NCBI GenBank assembly: GCA_963664115.2
Contig: CAXWPJ010000002.1
Location: 832,001-896,000 of the forward strand
Direction of reading: 5' to 3'
DNA: 64,000 nucleotides
From: Terriglobia bacterium
Lineage (GTDB): Bacteria; Acidobacteriota; Terriglobia; 20CM-2-55-15
Part shown: positions 20,821 to 30,692 of the stretch, one piece after another
Layout of the letters: each line of letters starts with the position of its first letter
Position numbering within the stretch: the first letter of the stretch is position 1
Notes under the pieces: generated by a model
The model's database searches: none
Told to the model about the DNA's origin: nothing
The model's input: only the letters and a program-made list of their open reading frames with translations
Made by a program: the position numbers and the translations under genes

Positions 20821-21333
20821 TCAGATGCGTTTGACGAAGGTGGTAGAGACCTTGTCGGCCCACGTCAGGTGTTCGGGGTCGATGAACGCCCACAGAAATC
20901 CGAAAAGGAGCGGAACGACTGAAATCAGGTAACCGAAGCTTCTAAGAAATGCTTCGGTGGGGTCCAAGCGGTCCCCGTTACGGTTGACCGCGACCAGACC
21001 GTGGATGCGCATGCCAGTCGTCTGGCTCATACTCAACATGAACAGGAAGAAGTAGACAACCAGAAAGATCAAGTAGGCGGTACAAAAGATTCCCAGGATT
21101 CGGCGGTTCAGGGGAGTCGACGCCGGCATTTCAGAGGCAGTCGAGATCAGGAAGATCAGGTAGAGCCCGAAAACAATCACCAGATCGATCAGCATCGCGT
21201 AAGTTCGGGAGAGGAGCAGACCGCGTTGGTATTCGGGGAGGGTGAATTCGGCGGCGTAGTTTTTGTCATCGAAGTCCAGTCCAGGCTGGATCTTAGATAG
21301 GTCGATGACCGTCCTGCCACCTTTCCGTTGCAT
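20821..21333 (-). CDS. RDD family membrane protein
   Basis: RTYAMLIDL, QTTGMRIHGL, FLRSFGY, WADKVSTTFV; start uncertain. Confidence 0.85.
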   Translation of the reverse strand: MQRKGGRTVIDLSKIQPGLDFDDKNYAAEFTLPEYQRGLLLSRTYAMLIDLVIVFGLYLIFLISTASEMPASTPLNRRILGIFCTAYLIFLVVYFFLFMLSMSQTTGMRIHGLVAVNRNGDRLDPTEAFLRSFGYLISVVPLLFGFLWAFIDPEHLTWADKVSTTFVKRI

Positions 21334-21390
21334 TCGGCTGAATTTTATCACGGTTCTTGCGACAGGCAGTCGAATGTGATTTAACTGAGA

Positions 21391-21437
21391 GGGACGTACA
21401 CTTCAGAATCGGGAAGCAATTCTGAAGTGTACGTCCC
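21391..21437. repeat. Perfect 19-bp inverted repeat (REP-like) between divergent RDD and lptD genes
   Basis: GGGACGTACACTTCAGAAT - 9 nt loop - ATTCTGAAGTGTACGTCCC. Confidence 0.85.
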
Positions 21438-21446
21438 CTTTAAGCA

Positions 21447-23519
21447 ATGCATGTATGGATATTAGCCGTTCTTCTGATCGCACCTCAGCAGGACGAACTC
21501 GTCGTTAGTGCCGATAGACTCGATCGCACAGGCAGCGTCGTGACCTATGCCGGTGATGTCGTCGTCACGTTCCGGGATATGCGGGTAGAGGCGGATACGA
21601 TCGTTTACGACGAGTCCACTCAGATGCTGGAAGCCTCAGACGGCGTGACATTCGTGCGTGGCGAGGAAAGACTGGCCGGTCGGCATCTTGAAATCAATAT
21701 GGACACGATGGCGGGTGTCTTGACTGAAGCTACGGGTGAACTGGGTCCCAGTTACCTGATTCAGGCGGCTGAGGCTCACCGCTTGGAAGACGGCCGGTAT
21801 GAGCTTTTCGATGCGACCGTTACCACATGCGACGACGAAGGGAATCCTGGATGGGAGTTCCACACACCGCGGACGACGATCGACCCGGATTCAAACGTGA
21901 AGGCCGTCAATTCGGTGTTGAGAATTAAGGGTGTTCCGGTCTTTTATATGCCTTACCTTAGCGCGCCTGTGGCAAGCCAGCCGCGTTCCTCCGGTTTCCT
22001 CACACCTCAGACTTCCACCTCGACAACGAAAGGACGGAGCGTCAGTGAGTCATTTTATTATGTCATCAACCGCAGTGCCGACCTCACTGTGACCGGCGAG
22101 TATTTCACCTTGCGTGGTCTGGCCGGCGCAGCTCGGTTTCGCGCGGTTCCCAACGAGCGATCCCGGATTGAGATCGACGGCTTTTTTGCCGATGACCGCA
22201 AAGACCAGGGTGGGAAGAGTGCCCGGATTCTGGCCTATACCGAACGTAACGACTTGCGCGTCGTCGCTGATCTGAACCTCGTCAGTTCCTTCGTGTTCCG
22301 CCAGGTATTTGAGGAAGGATTTGATGTGATCTCCTCTCCAACGGAGCGCTCGCGTGCGTTCGCTACCTACAACACCTCCGGCGTAACTTACAACTTTCTT
22401 TATGCGCGGCAGGGAACCTTCTTTGTTGACCAGCCCACGGCGATTATTCGCAAGCTCCCCTCGCTGGAGATGGCCGTGCATGCCCGTCCGGTAGGGAATC
22501 TACCGTTGTACTTCAGCTTTGACGGCAGCGTGTCGGGTTTGCATCGTCGCGATGCAGCGGTCACGAGCTCGGCGTTAGTCGGACGTGTGGACATCCACCC
22601 GAGAGTTGAAGTGCCGATCTTGCGTGGTGCGGCGTTTAGTTGGAGCCACCAACTTGGCATTCGAGAAACGTTCTATTCAGACAAGCGGAACGTTGGGGAT
22701 CAACGCGACGCCCTGAATCGCCTTGCTGTCGACTACGGTTTCGTGTTTAGTGGGCCGCAATTGGAAAAGCGATACGGCAATTGGATGCATGTGATCGAGC
22801 CTCATGTCGAGTATCGCTACGTCAGCGGTGTCGACGATTTTGGCAATACGCTGTTGATTGACGACACGGATTTGTTTGTCGATACGAACGAAGTTCGCTA
22901 TGGAATTTCCAATCGGTTTTTCACGAACCGAGAGGTTCTCAGCTGGACTTTGACGCAGAAATATTATGCCAACCCGACCTTTGGGGGCGCGCTGGTGCCG
23001 GGGCGTGACACCGCTCTGGAACCGCTTCTGGATTTGACGGGTTTTGGTTTTGCAGACGAAGCACGGCGATTTTCTCCTCTGGTATCCCTGCTCCGTTTTT
23101 CGCCGCGCGCCGGAACCAGTACGGATCTGCAAATCGACTACGACACTGTTCGGAGGCAGTTTCGAAGTGCCGGTGTTATCGGGCGCTACCAGGCGGGTCC
23201 CTCGTTCTACAACGTCGCTTATTTTTTTACTCGAAGAAGTCTGGTTCAGTTGCCGAATAATCAGATCCGAGCGACCGTGGGATTCGGTGATTCGAATCGT
23301 TTGGGGTTAAACGGCGCTGTCAGCTTCGCTTACAATGTCGACCAATCAATTTTGCAGGCCTCGACTGCACAGCTTAGCTATAATACCGACTGCTACGGAT
23401 TGCACCTTGCGTTCATGCAGTTCGACCTGGGTCCTCGCCGGGAAAGTCGTTTCCGGTTTTCTTTTTCCCTGAAAGATCTTGGAGCAATAGGCAATCTTGG
23501 ACAGGACAGCCTGTTCTAA
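21447..23519 (+). CDS. lptD: LPS-assembly protein LptD
   Basis: N-terminal OstA-like beta-jellyroll, VTTCD, GVPVFYMPY, RSSGFLTP, beta-barrel ending YNTDCYG...FRFSFSL. Confidence 0.85.
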   Translation: MHVWILAVLLIAPQQDELVVSADRLDRTGSVVTYAGDVVVTFRDMRVEADTIVYDESTQMLEASDGVTFVRGEERLAGRHLEINMDTMAGVLTEATGELGPSYLIQAAEAHRLEDGRYELFDATVTTCDDEGNPGWEFHTPRTTIDPDSNVKAVNSVLRIKGVPVFYMPYLSAPVASQPRSSGFLTPQTSTSTTKGRSVSESFYYVINRSADLTVTGEYFTLRGLAGAARFRAVPNERSRIEIDGFFADDRKDQGGKSARILAYTERNDLRVVADLNLVSSFVFRQVFEEGFDVISSPTERSRAFATYNTSGVTYNFLYARQGTFFVDQPTAIIRKLPSLEMAVHARPVGNLPLYFSFDGSVSGLHRRDAAVTSSALVGRVDIHPRVEVPILRGAAFSWSHQLGIRETFYSDKRNVGDQRDALNRLAVDYGFVFSGPQLEKRYGNWMHVIEPHVEYRYVSGVDDFGNTLLIDDTDLFVDTNEVRYGISNRFFTNREVLSWTLTQKYYANPTFGGALVPGRDTALEPLLDLTGFGFADEARRFSPLVSLLRFSPRAGTSTDLQIDYDTVRRQFRSAGVIGRYQAGPSFYNVAYFFTRRSLVQLPNNQIRATVGFGDSNRLGLNGAVSFAYNVDQSILQASTAQLSYNTDCYGLHLAFMQFDLGPRRESRFRFSFSLKDLGAIGNLGQDSLF

Positions 23520-23534
23520 GAGCCACGATCAACC

Positions 23535-24512
23535 ATGCCGTTTCCCCTTCATCGCATGCGCCGGTTGAGGCGCAAGGATCGCCTGCGGTCTCTGGTTCAG
23601 GAAACACGACTGAGCCCGGAGGAACTCATCTATCCCATTTTTGTTTGTCCGGGTACAGGTGTGCGGAACGAAATTCCGTCGATGCCGGGTCAGTACAACG
23701 TGTCGGTTGATCAAGCGGTGGAAATTGCACGCGAGGTGGAGCAGTCAGGAATTGGCGGCCTCATGCTCTTCGGGATTCCGGAGTCCAAGGACGCTGTCGG
23801 GGGCGGGGCCTACGACGAGAACGGGATCGTACAGCAGGCGCTCAGAGAGATCAGAAAAAGCGTCGAAGAACTCATTCTTGTCGGGGATGTGTGCTTGTGT
23901 GAGTACACGGACCACGGCCACTGCGGTGTTATTCGTGACGGGGTTGTGGAAAACGACGCCTCCCTCGAACTGCTGGCGAAAACGGCGCTGAGCCAAGTCC
24001 GTGCTGGGGCCGACATGGTCGCGCCTTCCGACATGATGGACGGCAGGGTGGGGGCGATTCGGTCTAAATTGGATGGGGCCCAACTCGATCACATCCCGAT
24101 CATGTCCTACGCGGCCAAGTACTGTTCGGCCTTCTATGGCCCCTTCCGTGAAGCCGCGGGTTCCACGCCGCAGTTCGGTGACCGGCGCGGTTACCAGATG
24201 GACCCTCCGAACGTCCGGGAGGCACTTCGGGAAATTGAGATGGATCTCGAAGAGGGCGCGGACATCGTCATGGTCAAACCGGCTATGGCTTACCTCGATG
24301 TCATCCACCGTGCGCGGAATGCTTTCAACGCGCCCATCGCAGCGTTTCAAGTGAGCGGTGAATATTCGATGATTGAAGCGGCTGCTGCAAACGGCTGGAT
24401 CGATCGCGAAAAAATCATCCTGGAATCCATCACCGCAATCAAACGCGCGGGGGCAGACGTCATCATCACGTATTACGCGGCGGAACTTGCCGGAATGTTG
24501 GGAGGGAAGTGA
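23535..24512 (+). CDS. hemB: Porphobilinogen synthase
   Basis: [20 protein letters not shown] zinc site, [16 protein letters not shown]. Confidence 0.98.
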   Translation: MPFPLHRMRRLRRKDRLRSLVQETRLSPEELIYPIFVCPGTGVRNEIPSMPGQYNVSVDQAVEIAREVEQSGIGGLMLFGIPESKDAVGGGAYDENGIVQQALREIRKSVEELILVGDVCLCEYTDHGHCGVIRDGVVENDASLELLAKTALSQVRAGADMVAPSDMMDGRVGAIRSKLDGAQLDHIPIMSYAAKYCSAFYGPFREAAGSTPQFGDRRGYQMDPPNVREALREIEMDLEEGADIVMVKPAMAYLDVIHRARNAFNAPIAAFQVSGEYSMIEAAAANGWIDREKIILESITAIKRAGADVIITYYAAELAGMLGGK

Positions 24513-24621
24513 TGTGTGACGCCGAGGTGCCAGGAAATTCTTAACTCTCAACTTCTGCACGCTGCCTCCAAGCCTCTGTGCTTAGAATTCTCTGTCGAAA
24601 CTATCGAAGATAATTAATGAA

Positions 24622-25893
24622 ATGAGCAAATCCGAAACACTGTTCAAACGGGCGGAACGCGTGATACCCGGAGGCGTCAATTCACCGGTTCGGGCGTTCA
24701 AGGCCGTTGGCGGCAATCCTGTTTTTATTCAGAAAGGGGAAGGCTCCCGTATTTGGGATGTCGACGGTCGATCCTATATCGACTACATCGGGTCCTGGGG
24801 CCCGCTGATCGACGGGCACCGGTCCAAGGCGGTTACTGAACGTCTCCGACGGGTCATCGATGAGATGGGCACGTCATTCGGTGCGCCCACGGAGCTGGAG
24901 GTGGAGCTGGCCGAGCTGATCTGCGGCATGTTTCCGTCGATCGAAAAGGTGCGGCTCGTCAATTCAGGAACCGAAGCAACGATGAGTGCGATCCGCCTCG
25001 CGCGGGGATTTACCGGGAGAGACAAGATTCTGAAGTTCGAAGGGTGCTACCACGGACATGGCGACAGCCTGCTGGTGAAAGCCGGCTCCGGTGTCCTGAC
25101 CCTGGGGTTGCCGGACAGTCCCGGCGTTCCTGCCGCATTGGCTGAATTGACACTGGTTGGGGCATACAACGACCCCAGCGGTATCAAGGACCTGTTTGGA
25201 CGTGTGGGCGACGAGATCGCGTGCGTGATCGTAGAACCGGTTGCGGGCAATATGGGCTGTGTGCCACCGGCGAATGGTTTTCTTGAGCTGCTTCGGGAAC
25301 TCACGACAGCCTCGGGCACAATCCTTATTTTTGATGAGGTCATGACGGGTTTCCGCTTGTCGCCAGGTGGTGCGCAGAACCTTTACGGCATCCGGCCGGA
25401 TCTGACGACGCTCGGGAAGATCATCGGTGGGGGCTTGCCCGTCGGAGCCTACGGTGGCCGTGAGGACATCATGAATCGGGTGGCGCCGGTGGGACCCGTC
25501 TACCAGGCTGGAACGCTGTCGGGTAACCCCCTGGCGGTTGCCGCCGGACTGGAGACCTTGCGCGGTCTGGGATCCGGAGACTCCTATGAGAAATTGGAAT
25601 CGCTGGGTTCTCGCCTGGAACGCGGCATTAACGCAACCTCGGTCGAACGGGGCGCGCGCGTCCAGGTGAATCGCGTGGGTTCCATGCTGACGCTCTTCTT
25701 CGCAGACCAGGCGGTAAGCGATTTCCCCTCGGCCAGTGCCGCCGACACGAGCCGCTTCGAGGTATTCTTCCGCAAGATGCTGGTCGAAGGCATCTATTGG
25801 CCCCCCTCACAATTTGAAGCGGCATTCATCTCGACCGTCCACACCGAGGCCGACATCGACGAAACGATCGCCGCCATCACCCGCTCTATCTGA
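24622..25893 (+). CDS. hemL: Glutamate-1-semialdehyde 2,1-aminomutase
   Basis: [60 protein letters not shown]. Confidence 0.98.
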   Translation: MSKSETLFKRAERVIPGGVNSPVRAFKAVGGNPVFIQKGEGSRIWDVDGRSYIDYIGSWGPLIDGHRSKAVTERLRRVIDEMGTSFGAPTELEVELAELICGMFPSIEKVRLVNSGTEATMSAIRLARGFTGRDKILKFEGCYHGHGDSLLVKAGSGVLTLGLPDSPGVPAALAELTLVGAYNDPSGIKDLFGRVGDEIACVIVEPVAGNMGCVPPANGFLELLRELTTASGTILIFDEVMTGFRLSPGGAQNLYGIRPDLTTLGKIIGGGLPVGAYGGREDIMNRVAPVGPVYQAGTLSGNPLAVAAGLETLRGLGSGDSYEKLESLGSRLERGINATSVERGARVQVNRVGSMLTLFFADQAVSDFPSASAADTSRFEVFFRKMLVEGIYWPPSQFEAAFISTVHTEADIDETIAAITRSI

Positions 25894-25930
25894 ATAGGGG
25901 TCAGAGCCCTATATTCCCATTTATGACGTT

Positions 25931-26014
25931 GACGGCTCCACAAGTGACATCGACGGCTCCACAAGCGACATCGACGGCTCCACAAGTGTCATCTACGGCT
26001 CCACAAGTGTCGCC
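25931..26014. repeat. Four tandem copies of a 21-bp unit
   Basis: GACGGCTCCACAAGTGACATC / ..GCGACATC / ..GTGTCATC / TACGGCTCCACAAGTGTCGCC, contiguous, no spacers. Confidence 0.9.
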
Positions 26015-26262
26015 GTTCTCCTTTGGCTTTCCCTTGCCGAAATCCGGTTTGGGGACTTAGATTTCACCCGAAATCGAAGAAATGAATGGCTCCTTACGGC
26101 ACGGGCACCCATTTTCCTTGTCACAGTCCATCTGGCGGGATTATCCTGCCTGAGATTCACGGTCCCGTACCTTTGCCGTATTATCTGGCGCTCAGGCGAA
26201 CCCGGTGGACCGGGAGAGACAACGGCGCGTCGCTGATCTTCCCGAATTTCGGAGGGGTGCTG

Positions 26263-26652
26263 ATGAAAATGAAAGTTGTGGGAATCATACTGTTTGGAAT
26301 ATTTGCCGGAGGTGTCCCCGTTAACGGACACCACTCTTTTGCTGCGGTATTTGATGCCAACGACCCGATTAATCTGACTGGGACCGTGACCAAGGTCGAG
26401 TGGATGAACCCCCACATCTGGTTCTACATTGACGTTGAGAACGAGCGTGGCGAGATCGAAAACTGGGGTTTGGAGATGGGTGGCCCCAACGGTTTGATGC
26501 GTCAAGGTTGGAACCGCAACACACTGCAGGTAGGCGACGTGGTTACCGTAGTCGGCTCCCGAGCAAGGAATGGCAGCTTCAACGGGGCTGGCCAGACCGT
26601 CACGCTTTCGACGGGTCAAACTCTATTTGCCGGCCAAAACCCAAACAACTAG
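26263..26652 (+). CDS. DUF6152 family secreted protein
   Basis: Signal peptide then HHSFAAVFD; WMNPH; WGLE; SD GGAGG before ATG 26263. Confidence 0.85.
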   Translation: MKMKVVGIILFGIFAGGVPVNGHHSFAAVFDANDPINLTGTVTKVEWMNPHIWFYIDVENERGEIENWGLEMGGPNGLMRQGWNRNTLQVGDVVTVVGSRARNGSFNGAGQTVTLSTGQTLFAGQNPNN

Positions 26653-26820
26653 CGGGTTCGGCACTGGCCGCATTCTAAGAACGCTCTCCACAAGACGTAC
26701 ACTGAAGAGAAACAACTCCGCTTGGTCAAGTGCCGGGAACTCCTGTCGAGAATTTTCACGCACCTGACGAATTTGTAGTTCAGCATGATTTCGAATTGAG
26801 CCGCTCGTTGCGGCCAAGGA

Positions 26821-27645
26821 GTGACGATGATGCGACTATCTCCAAGTGCTCGTAGACGTTTGAGAGCGCAGACGATGGTGGCAGTGATCCTGGTCATGGC
26901 GTGGCCGATCGGCCTTTCTGCTCAGTGGATCAGTCTCCCCCTGCCGGACACGCCCCGCACCTCTGACGGGGCACCAGATCTGACGGCCCCGGCGCCGACC
27001 ACCGATGGCGGCCGACCTGATCTGACCGGCATTTGGAGGAGAGTCCGGGGTATCAACACGCCGCTCGAAAACCCGGCGCGCCTTCCTGGTCGAATGGAGT
27101 ATTTCCTGCCGCAGGACGAGGAGATCCCCTTGCGACCTGAAGGGGCCGCCCTTTATCAGGAACGCACGGATAACCTGGGAGGTGGAAGGCCATCCGAGCG
27201 GTGCCTGCCCCATGGGATCCCGGATGCGATGTTGTACGGCGGACCTATGAAGATCGTGCAAACTGAGAACCTCGCTATCATTCTCTTCGAGGCATTCACC
27301 AACTACAGACAGATTCATACGGACGGCCGATCCTTTCCTCAGAACGATCCGCAGCCGACCTGGTTCGGCTATTCCCTGGGGCGCTGGGACGGTGACACTT
27401 TTGTTGTCGAGACGATGGGCTTCAACGACAGGACATGGATGGACGATAGCGGCTTGCCTCACAGTGAGTCGTTGAAGACGACGGAGCGGTTTCGGCGTCG
27501 GGACTTCGGGCACATGGATCTCGAAATCACGTTCGACGATCCCGAATTGTACACAAGACCGTGGTTGGTCAATTTGGCCTTTGACCTTTGGCCTGATACA
27601 GAGTTGATTGAAAATATTTGTGAAAACGAGAAAGACGCAGGGTGA
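26821..27645 (+). CDS. Secreted hypothetical protein (DUF6152-partner family)
   Basis: PDLTGIW, RCLPHG, GYSLGRWDGDTFVVET, TERFRR, ENICENEKD; start uncertain. Confidence 0.8.
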   Translation: MTMMRLSPSARRRLRAQTMVAVILVMAWPIGLSAQWISLPLPDTPRTSDGAPDLTAPAPTTDGGRPDLTGIWRRVRGINTPLENPARLPGRMEYFLPQDEEIPLRPEGAALYQERTDNLGGGRPSERCLPHGIPDAMLYGGPMKIVQTENLAIILFEAFTNYRQIHTDGRSFPQNDPQPTWFGYSLGRWDGDTFVVETMGFNDRTWMDDSGLPHSESLKTTERFRRRDFGHMDLEITFDDPELYTRPWLVNLAFDLWPDTELIENICENEKDAG

Positions 27646-27678
27646 CCGCCCGATGGCCAGCTGCGACAGGTCTCGTCT

Positions 27679-28431
27679 TTATGGTTCGGGTTCCGCGCCA
27701 GCGGCCATCAATATGTCTACGATATCGTCGTAGTATCTCTCGTCGGCGAAACCCAAAGCGGTCCGGCCATTGTTGAGTCGTGCGTTCACATCAGCCCCTG
27801 CATCGAGCAAAGCTTGCAGGGTTTCGGTATAACCGCCACCTGCCGCATTCATCAAGGCTGTCGCGCCACTATTGCCTGTTGCATTCACGTCGACCCCGGC
27901 ATCGAGCAGAGCTTGAACGGTTTCGGTGTGACCGCCACCTACCGCATCCATCAAGGCTGTCGCCCCCGTGTTGCCTGTTGCATTCACGTCGGCTCCCGCA
28001 CCGAGCAGGGCTTGGAGGGTTTCAGTGTGACCGCCAGCTGCCGCGTTCATCAAGACGGTCATTTCCAGGCCGACTCTCGCATTCACATCGGCCCCGGAAT
28101 CGAGCAGGGCTTGGAGGGTTTCGGTGTGACCGCCACCTGCCGCATTCGTCAAGGCTGTCACGCCATTGTCGCTTCTCGCATTCGCGTCGGCCCCGGCATC
28201 GAGCAAGGTCTGGAGGGTTTCGGTGTGACCGCCAAGCGCAGCAAACATTAATGTTGTCACGCCATTTTCGCTTCTCGCATTCACGTCGGCCCCGGCATCG
28301 AGCAGGGCCTGGACAGCGTTCGTGTCGCCATTTTCAGCAGCTCTGAACAACCCAATACCGGGATCATCCGCACAGGCTGTAAGCGAAAGCAGGAGGGACG
28401 TTATCAATACAGTTTTGGGCAGTCGTAGCAT
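27679..28431 (-). CDS. Ankyrin-repeat lipoprotein
   Basis: Lipobox LTAC; about six 33-aa G.TALM.AA.GGHTETLQALLDAGADVNA repeats; SD AAGGAGAGG before ATG 28431. Confidence 0.92.
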   Translation of the reverse strand: MLRLPKTVLITSLLLSLTACADDPGIGLFRAAENGDTNAVQALLDAGADVNARSENGVTTLMFAALGGHTETLQTLLDAGADANARSDNGVTALTNAAGGGHTETLQALLDSGADVNARVGLEMTVLMNAAAGGHTETLQALLGAGADVNATGNTGATALMDAVGGGHTETVQALLDAGVDVNATGNSGATALMNAAGGGYTETLQALLDAGADVNARLNNGRTALGFADERYYDDIVDILMAAGAEPEP

Positions 28432-29122
28432 GAGGCCTCTCCTTAGCAGCCGGGGATATGAAATTCGCGCAAATTCTAAAGATCCAATACCTGGCCAACC
28501 GATCCCATCACGTCCATTAACTTCAAAGAACGCGCGGGTGGCCGGTGGTTCAGTCAGCTCACAGCCTGGGTCCCACGCTCTATCCGGCCCCGACGCTGAG
28601 GGTCTGCGCCCGGACGCTTGGAGAGTTCCCGATAGAGACTTCACGACCGGGTTTCGTGTCCTTTGCCGTTCGCCTTTCTCCCATGCCACTCTTTCCGCGG
28701 TTAGGACTGCGTCTCGTCATGTCCGAGTCTGGTACCGGATTCCGGTCGTTATAGTGCGTGTCGAAAGCAACTGTGAAAATCAGGCTAAATCTAACTACAG
28801 ATGGGATTTATACGCAAGAAAAGTCTCAATAATTGTATTTGATCCATGGTTATCCCAGCCCTTGCTTCGGTGCTTCAAATCAGACCTGCACGATGTTGAC
28901 TTTGTGCGAGCGCAAAGTGTCTCCAGTTTGAATCCATGCCGCCGGCCCAAAGGCCGGCATTTGTCGACCGCCGAGTGTTGGGCCTTAGTTGCGCCATTGG
29001 TTGGGATGTTCGCTTCCCCCTGCACACGAGGCGCCGAACGCCATGCCAGGTTCCTACGCTGCAATTTTTTGAACGTGTTAGATTCGCTTAAAGAACAACT
29101 CCAGTCCCGAGGGAAATGGATC

Positions 29123-30115
29123 ATGAGATTGATATTGCCGCTTATCGCCGTGAACATTCTGTGCGCCTTTTCTGCATCTGCGCATCACAGCCCTGCAAGT
29201 TTTAATATGGCATCAGTCGTGGCCATCCAGGGCAGGGTGAGTCGAGTCGACTGGGGAAACCCGCACGTCTATTTCGGCGTCGAGATCACGAACGATGCGG
29301 GTGAAGCACTGGAGTGGCTCGTTGAAACAGATCCAACGTCAATCTTGATCCGGAATGGTTGGACTGCGGAATCGTTGACGCCTGGGGACCGGATCACCTT
29401 GCGTGCCCATCCCGACAGGAATGCTCAACGGAACCATGCCTTACTCATATCCGTGGCAACTGAAAATGGTGTCGTCTTGACACCACGATCAAGCGGCGTA
29501 GAAACTGCGTCACCTGCCTCCAGTCTCTCGGGCGTGTGGGACGCCATGCGGGGATTCAGCCGAAGGCCGGCCATTGATGGCGTGTTGACCGAAAAGGGCA
29601 GGGTCGCGGATGCAGCCTTTAGCGAATTGGACAGCCCGGCAGCAAACTGTGTCCCGCACCCAGCGCCGTTTCTTCATGTCTTACCTTATTTGAACGAAAT
29701 CGAAGTGGGCGACGATACCGTGACAATTCGGAGTGAGTTCTTCAGGGTCGACCGGGTCGTGTATATGGACGGACGCGGACATCCCGCCAACGGCGTGCGT
29801 AGCAACCAGGGCCATTCGATCGGCTGGTGGGAGGACGACGTACTCGTCGTTGACACGACGCTTTTTGAGGACCATCGGACAGGCAATCGGACAGCCAATC
29901 TTCCGGGTGCACCCTCCGGAGCGCAGAAGCATGTCATTGAAAGATATGAGCTGAGCCCAGACGCGACTCGGCTTACCCTCACCTTCTCTGTTGAGGATCC
30001 TGAGTACCTGGCGGAACCGATGACCGGTAGTGTGGAATGGGACTATGCGCCGGGGTTCGAGTTATTGCGGTTCGACTGCGATCCTGAGATAGCGAGCCGC
30101 TATAGGTTTCAGTGA
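29123..30115 (+). CDS. Fusion of DUF6152 domain and its partner domain, secreted
   Basis: Signal ASA then HHSPASF, WGNPH, WLVE; followed by LSGVW, NCVP, GHSIGWWEDDVLVVDT, IERYEL, FDCDPE; the ORF-track extension to 28322 looks spurious. Confidence 0.82.
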   Translation: MRLILPLIAVNILCAFSASAHHSPASFNMASVVAIQGRVSRVDWGNPHVYFGVEITNDAGEALEWLVETDPTSILIRNGWTAESLTPGDRITLRAHPDRNAQRNHALLISVATENGVVLTPRSSGVETASPASSLSGVWDAMRGFSRRPAIDGVLTEKGRVADAAFSELDSPAANCVPHPAPFLHVLPYLNEIEVGDDTVTIRSEFFRVDRVVYMDGRGHPANGVRSNQGHSIGWWEDDVLVVDTTLFEDHRTGNRTANLPGAPSGAQKHVIERYELSPDATRLTLTFSVEDPEYLAEPMTGSVEWDYAPGFELLRFDCDPEIASRYRFQ

Positions 30116-30300
30116 TACTCGCCAGGCAACTTCAATACGTATTGGCACTTTTTAAGTCTTTCATTCCCGCCGGATGTTACCCCGCCCTACCCCAGAGGCA
30201 TTCAGCCAACACAAAGGCCACATCTCAAAAACATTTAGATCATTTTTTGATGAATGAAATAAGCGCTGAAATGGCTAAGCCGTATGTCACTGTTGCGCAC

Positions 30301-30540
30301 TCAGTTCACCCGATAATCGAGTTGTGGCGGCCGATCGCCGAGTAACGGACTATAGATAAAATCCGGGCTGACCCTCTGCCGATATTCGGATGTGGCACGT
30401 TCCAGAAGTGTCGAGTCCTCGAACAGATCGATGGCCGTCAGCGTCAGCGTCTTCGCTGCTACGAGCATGCCCTTGACTCCGATGCTGGTTCCTCCGGCAG
30501 CGATTGCTTGTCAGGAATGGGCAGCCGTGCCGGGGACCCA
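30301..30540 (-). pseudogene. C-terminal remnant of an M20 amidohydrolase (AbgB-like)
   Basis: WVPGTAAHS*QAIAAGGTSIGVKGMLVAAKTLTLTAIDLF...YSPLLGDRPPQLDYRVN*; internal TGA at 30511-30513 where Trp is expected; no N-terminus. Confidence 0.7.
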
Positions 30541-30692
30541 TAAACCTTGTCTGAACTTGAGAATCAGTCGCCCAACCCAGGCCCACTCAAGCTGTAATCG
30601 ACGTTCTCCAAATTGAACGACGTTCGTATGCAGCTAAATCGCCGGACAAAGCCTTGAGCGCGAATTTCCGGTCTCGACTGTGACAACCCGCC

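Noticed and set aside
25931-26014. CRISPR array
   Set aside because: Units are contiguous 21-mers without unique spacers and no cas genes are present
28322-29122. N-terminal 267 aa of the 597-aa ORF, and the 86-aa extension of the ankyrin ORF
   Set aside because: They overlap each other on opposite strands, look non-protein-like, and clear signal peptides begin at 29123 and 28431
30511-30513. Selenocysteine TGA codon (also 15397-15399)
   Set aside because: Positions correspond to expected Trp and Arg, not Cys, and lie in headless gene fragments
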